Assembly (NCBI RefSeq): GCF_006345805.1
Contig: NC_043004.1
Coordinates: forward strand, 71,858,001-71,922,000
DNA length: 64,000 bases
Source of the DNA: Octopus sinensis
Taxonomy: Eukaryota
Reading direction: 5' to 3'
Below are positions 63,590 to 64,000 of this stretch, in pieces. A program made the translations under genes and the position numbers. The notes under the pieces were generated by a model. That model worked only from the letters and a program-made list of their open reading frames with translations, made no database searches and was not told the DNA's origin. The first letter of the stretch is position 1. Each line of letters starts with the position of its first letter.

Positions 63590-64000
63590 TCTCTCTCTCC
63601 GAACCCGCCCTGTAGTCTCCCGCCTCCATTTTCCCCTCACTTACCACCCCACGACCCTACCTCTCCAACGCACCATTCTTCGAGCTTTCCGTCATCTCCA
63701 GTCCGACCCGTCCACTTCACACCTCTTCCCTAACCGACCCCTCCCCTCTTTCAAACGAGCCCACAACCTTCGAGGCCTTTTGGTCCATAGCTCCTTCCCT
63801 GACCCTACCTCCCAACCCGGCTCGTTCCCCTGCTCCCGCCCACGTTGCCGCACTTGCCCTTATCTCTCCAACACCACCCTCCTCACTAGCACCCATCATC
63901 GACCCTATCCTATCATCCACTCCTTCACCTGCACCTCCAGCAATATTATCTATTGCGTCTCTTGCTCTCTCTGCCATTCCTTGTACATCGGACAAACGGG
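63590..64000 (+). pseudogene. Neptune-type PLE Cys linker and GIY-YIG start, running off the window
   Basis: Plus frame: FKRAHNLRGLLVHS..GSFPCSRPRCRTCPY..SFTCTSSNIIYCVSCSLCHSLYIGQTG. Confidence 0.88.

Noticed and set aside
63717-63995. Minus-strand G/A/E-rich 92-aa ORF
   Set aside because: It is antisense to the plus-strand Neptune PLE Cys/GIY-YIG frame.

Overview
This is AT-rich, microsatellite-dense animal genomic DNA. The SINE families, a mollusc-type 5S rRNA copy and the repeat landscape suggest a coleoid cephalopod, probably an octopus (inference). Most of the window is transposon-derived: many Penelope-like element (PLE) remnants with hammerhead ribozyme motifs in their pseudo-LTRs, several tRNA-derived SINE families (some as head-to-tail concatemers), mariner elements, MITEs and LINE relics (L1/Tx1-like, R4/Dong-like, RTE-like). 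A minus-strand, intron-rich host gene for a secreted PAN/Apple-like protein with an uncharacterised second domain can be partly spliced together (exons from about 43.5 kb to 28.5 kb). The most notable system is a family of about 1.7-kb elements encoding only an ORF1/Gag-like protein (RRM-like region, CCHC knuckle, charged linker, unknown C-terminal domain; no endonuclease or RT). There are five diverged copies, three forming a head-to-tail array at 1-4150. Their 3' ends share a stem-loop tail with the local tandem-forming SINE, which implies both are mobilised in trans by the same LINE machinery. All calls were made by eye; no searches or folding programs were run.
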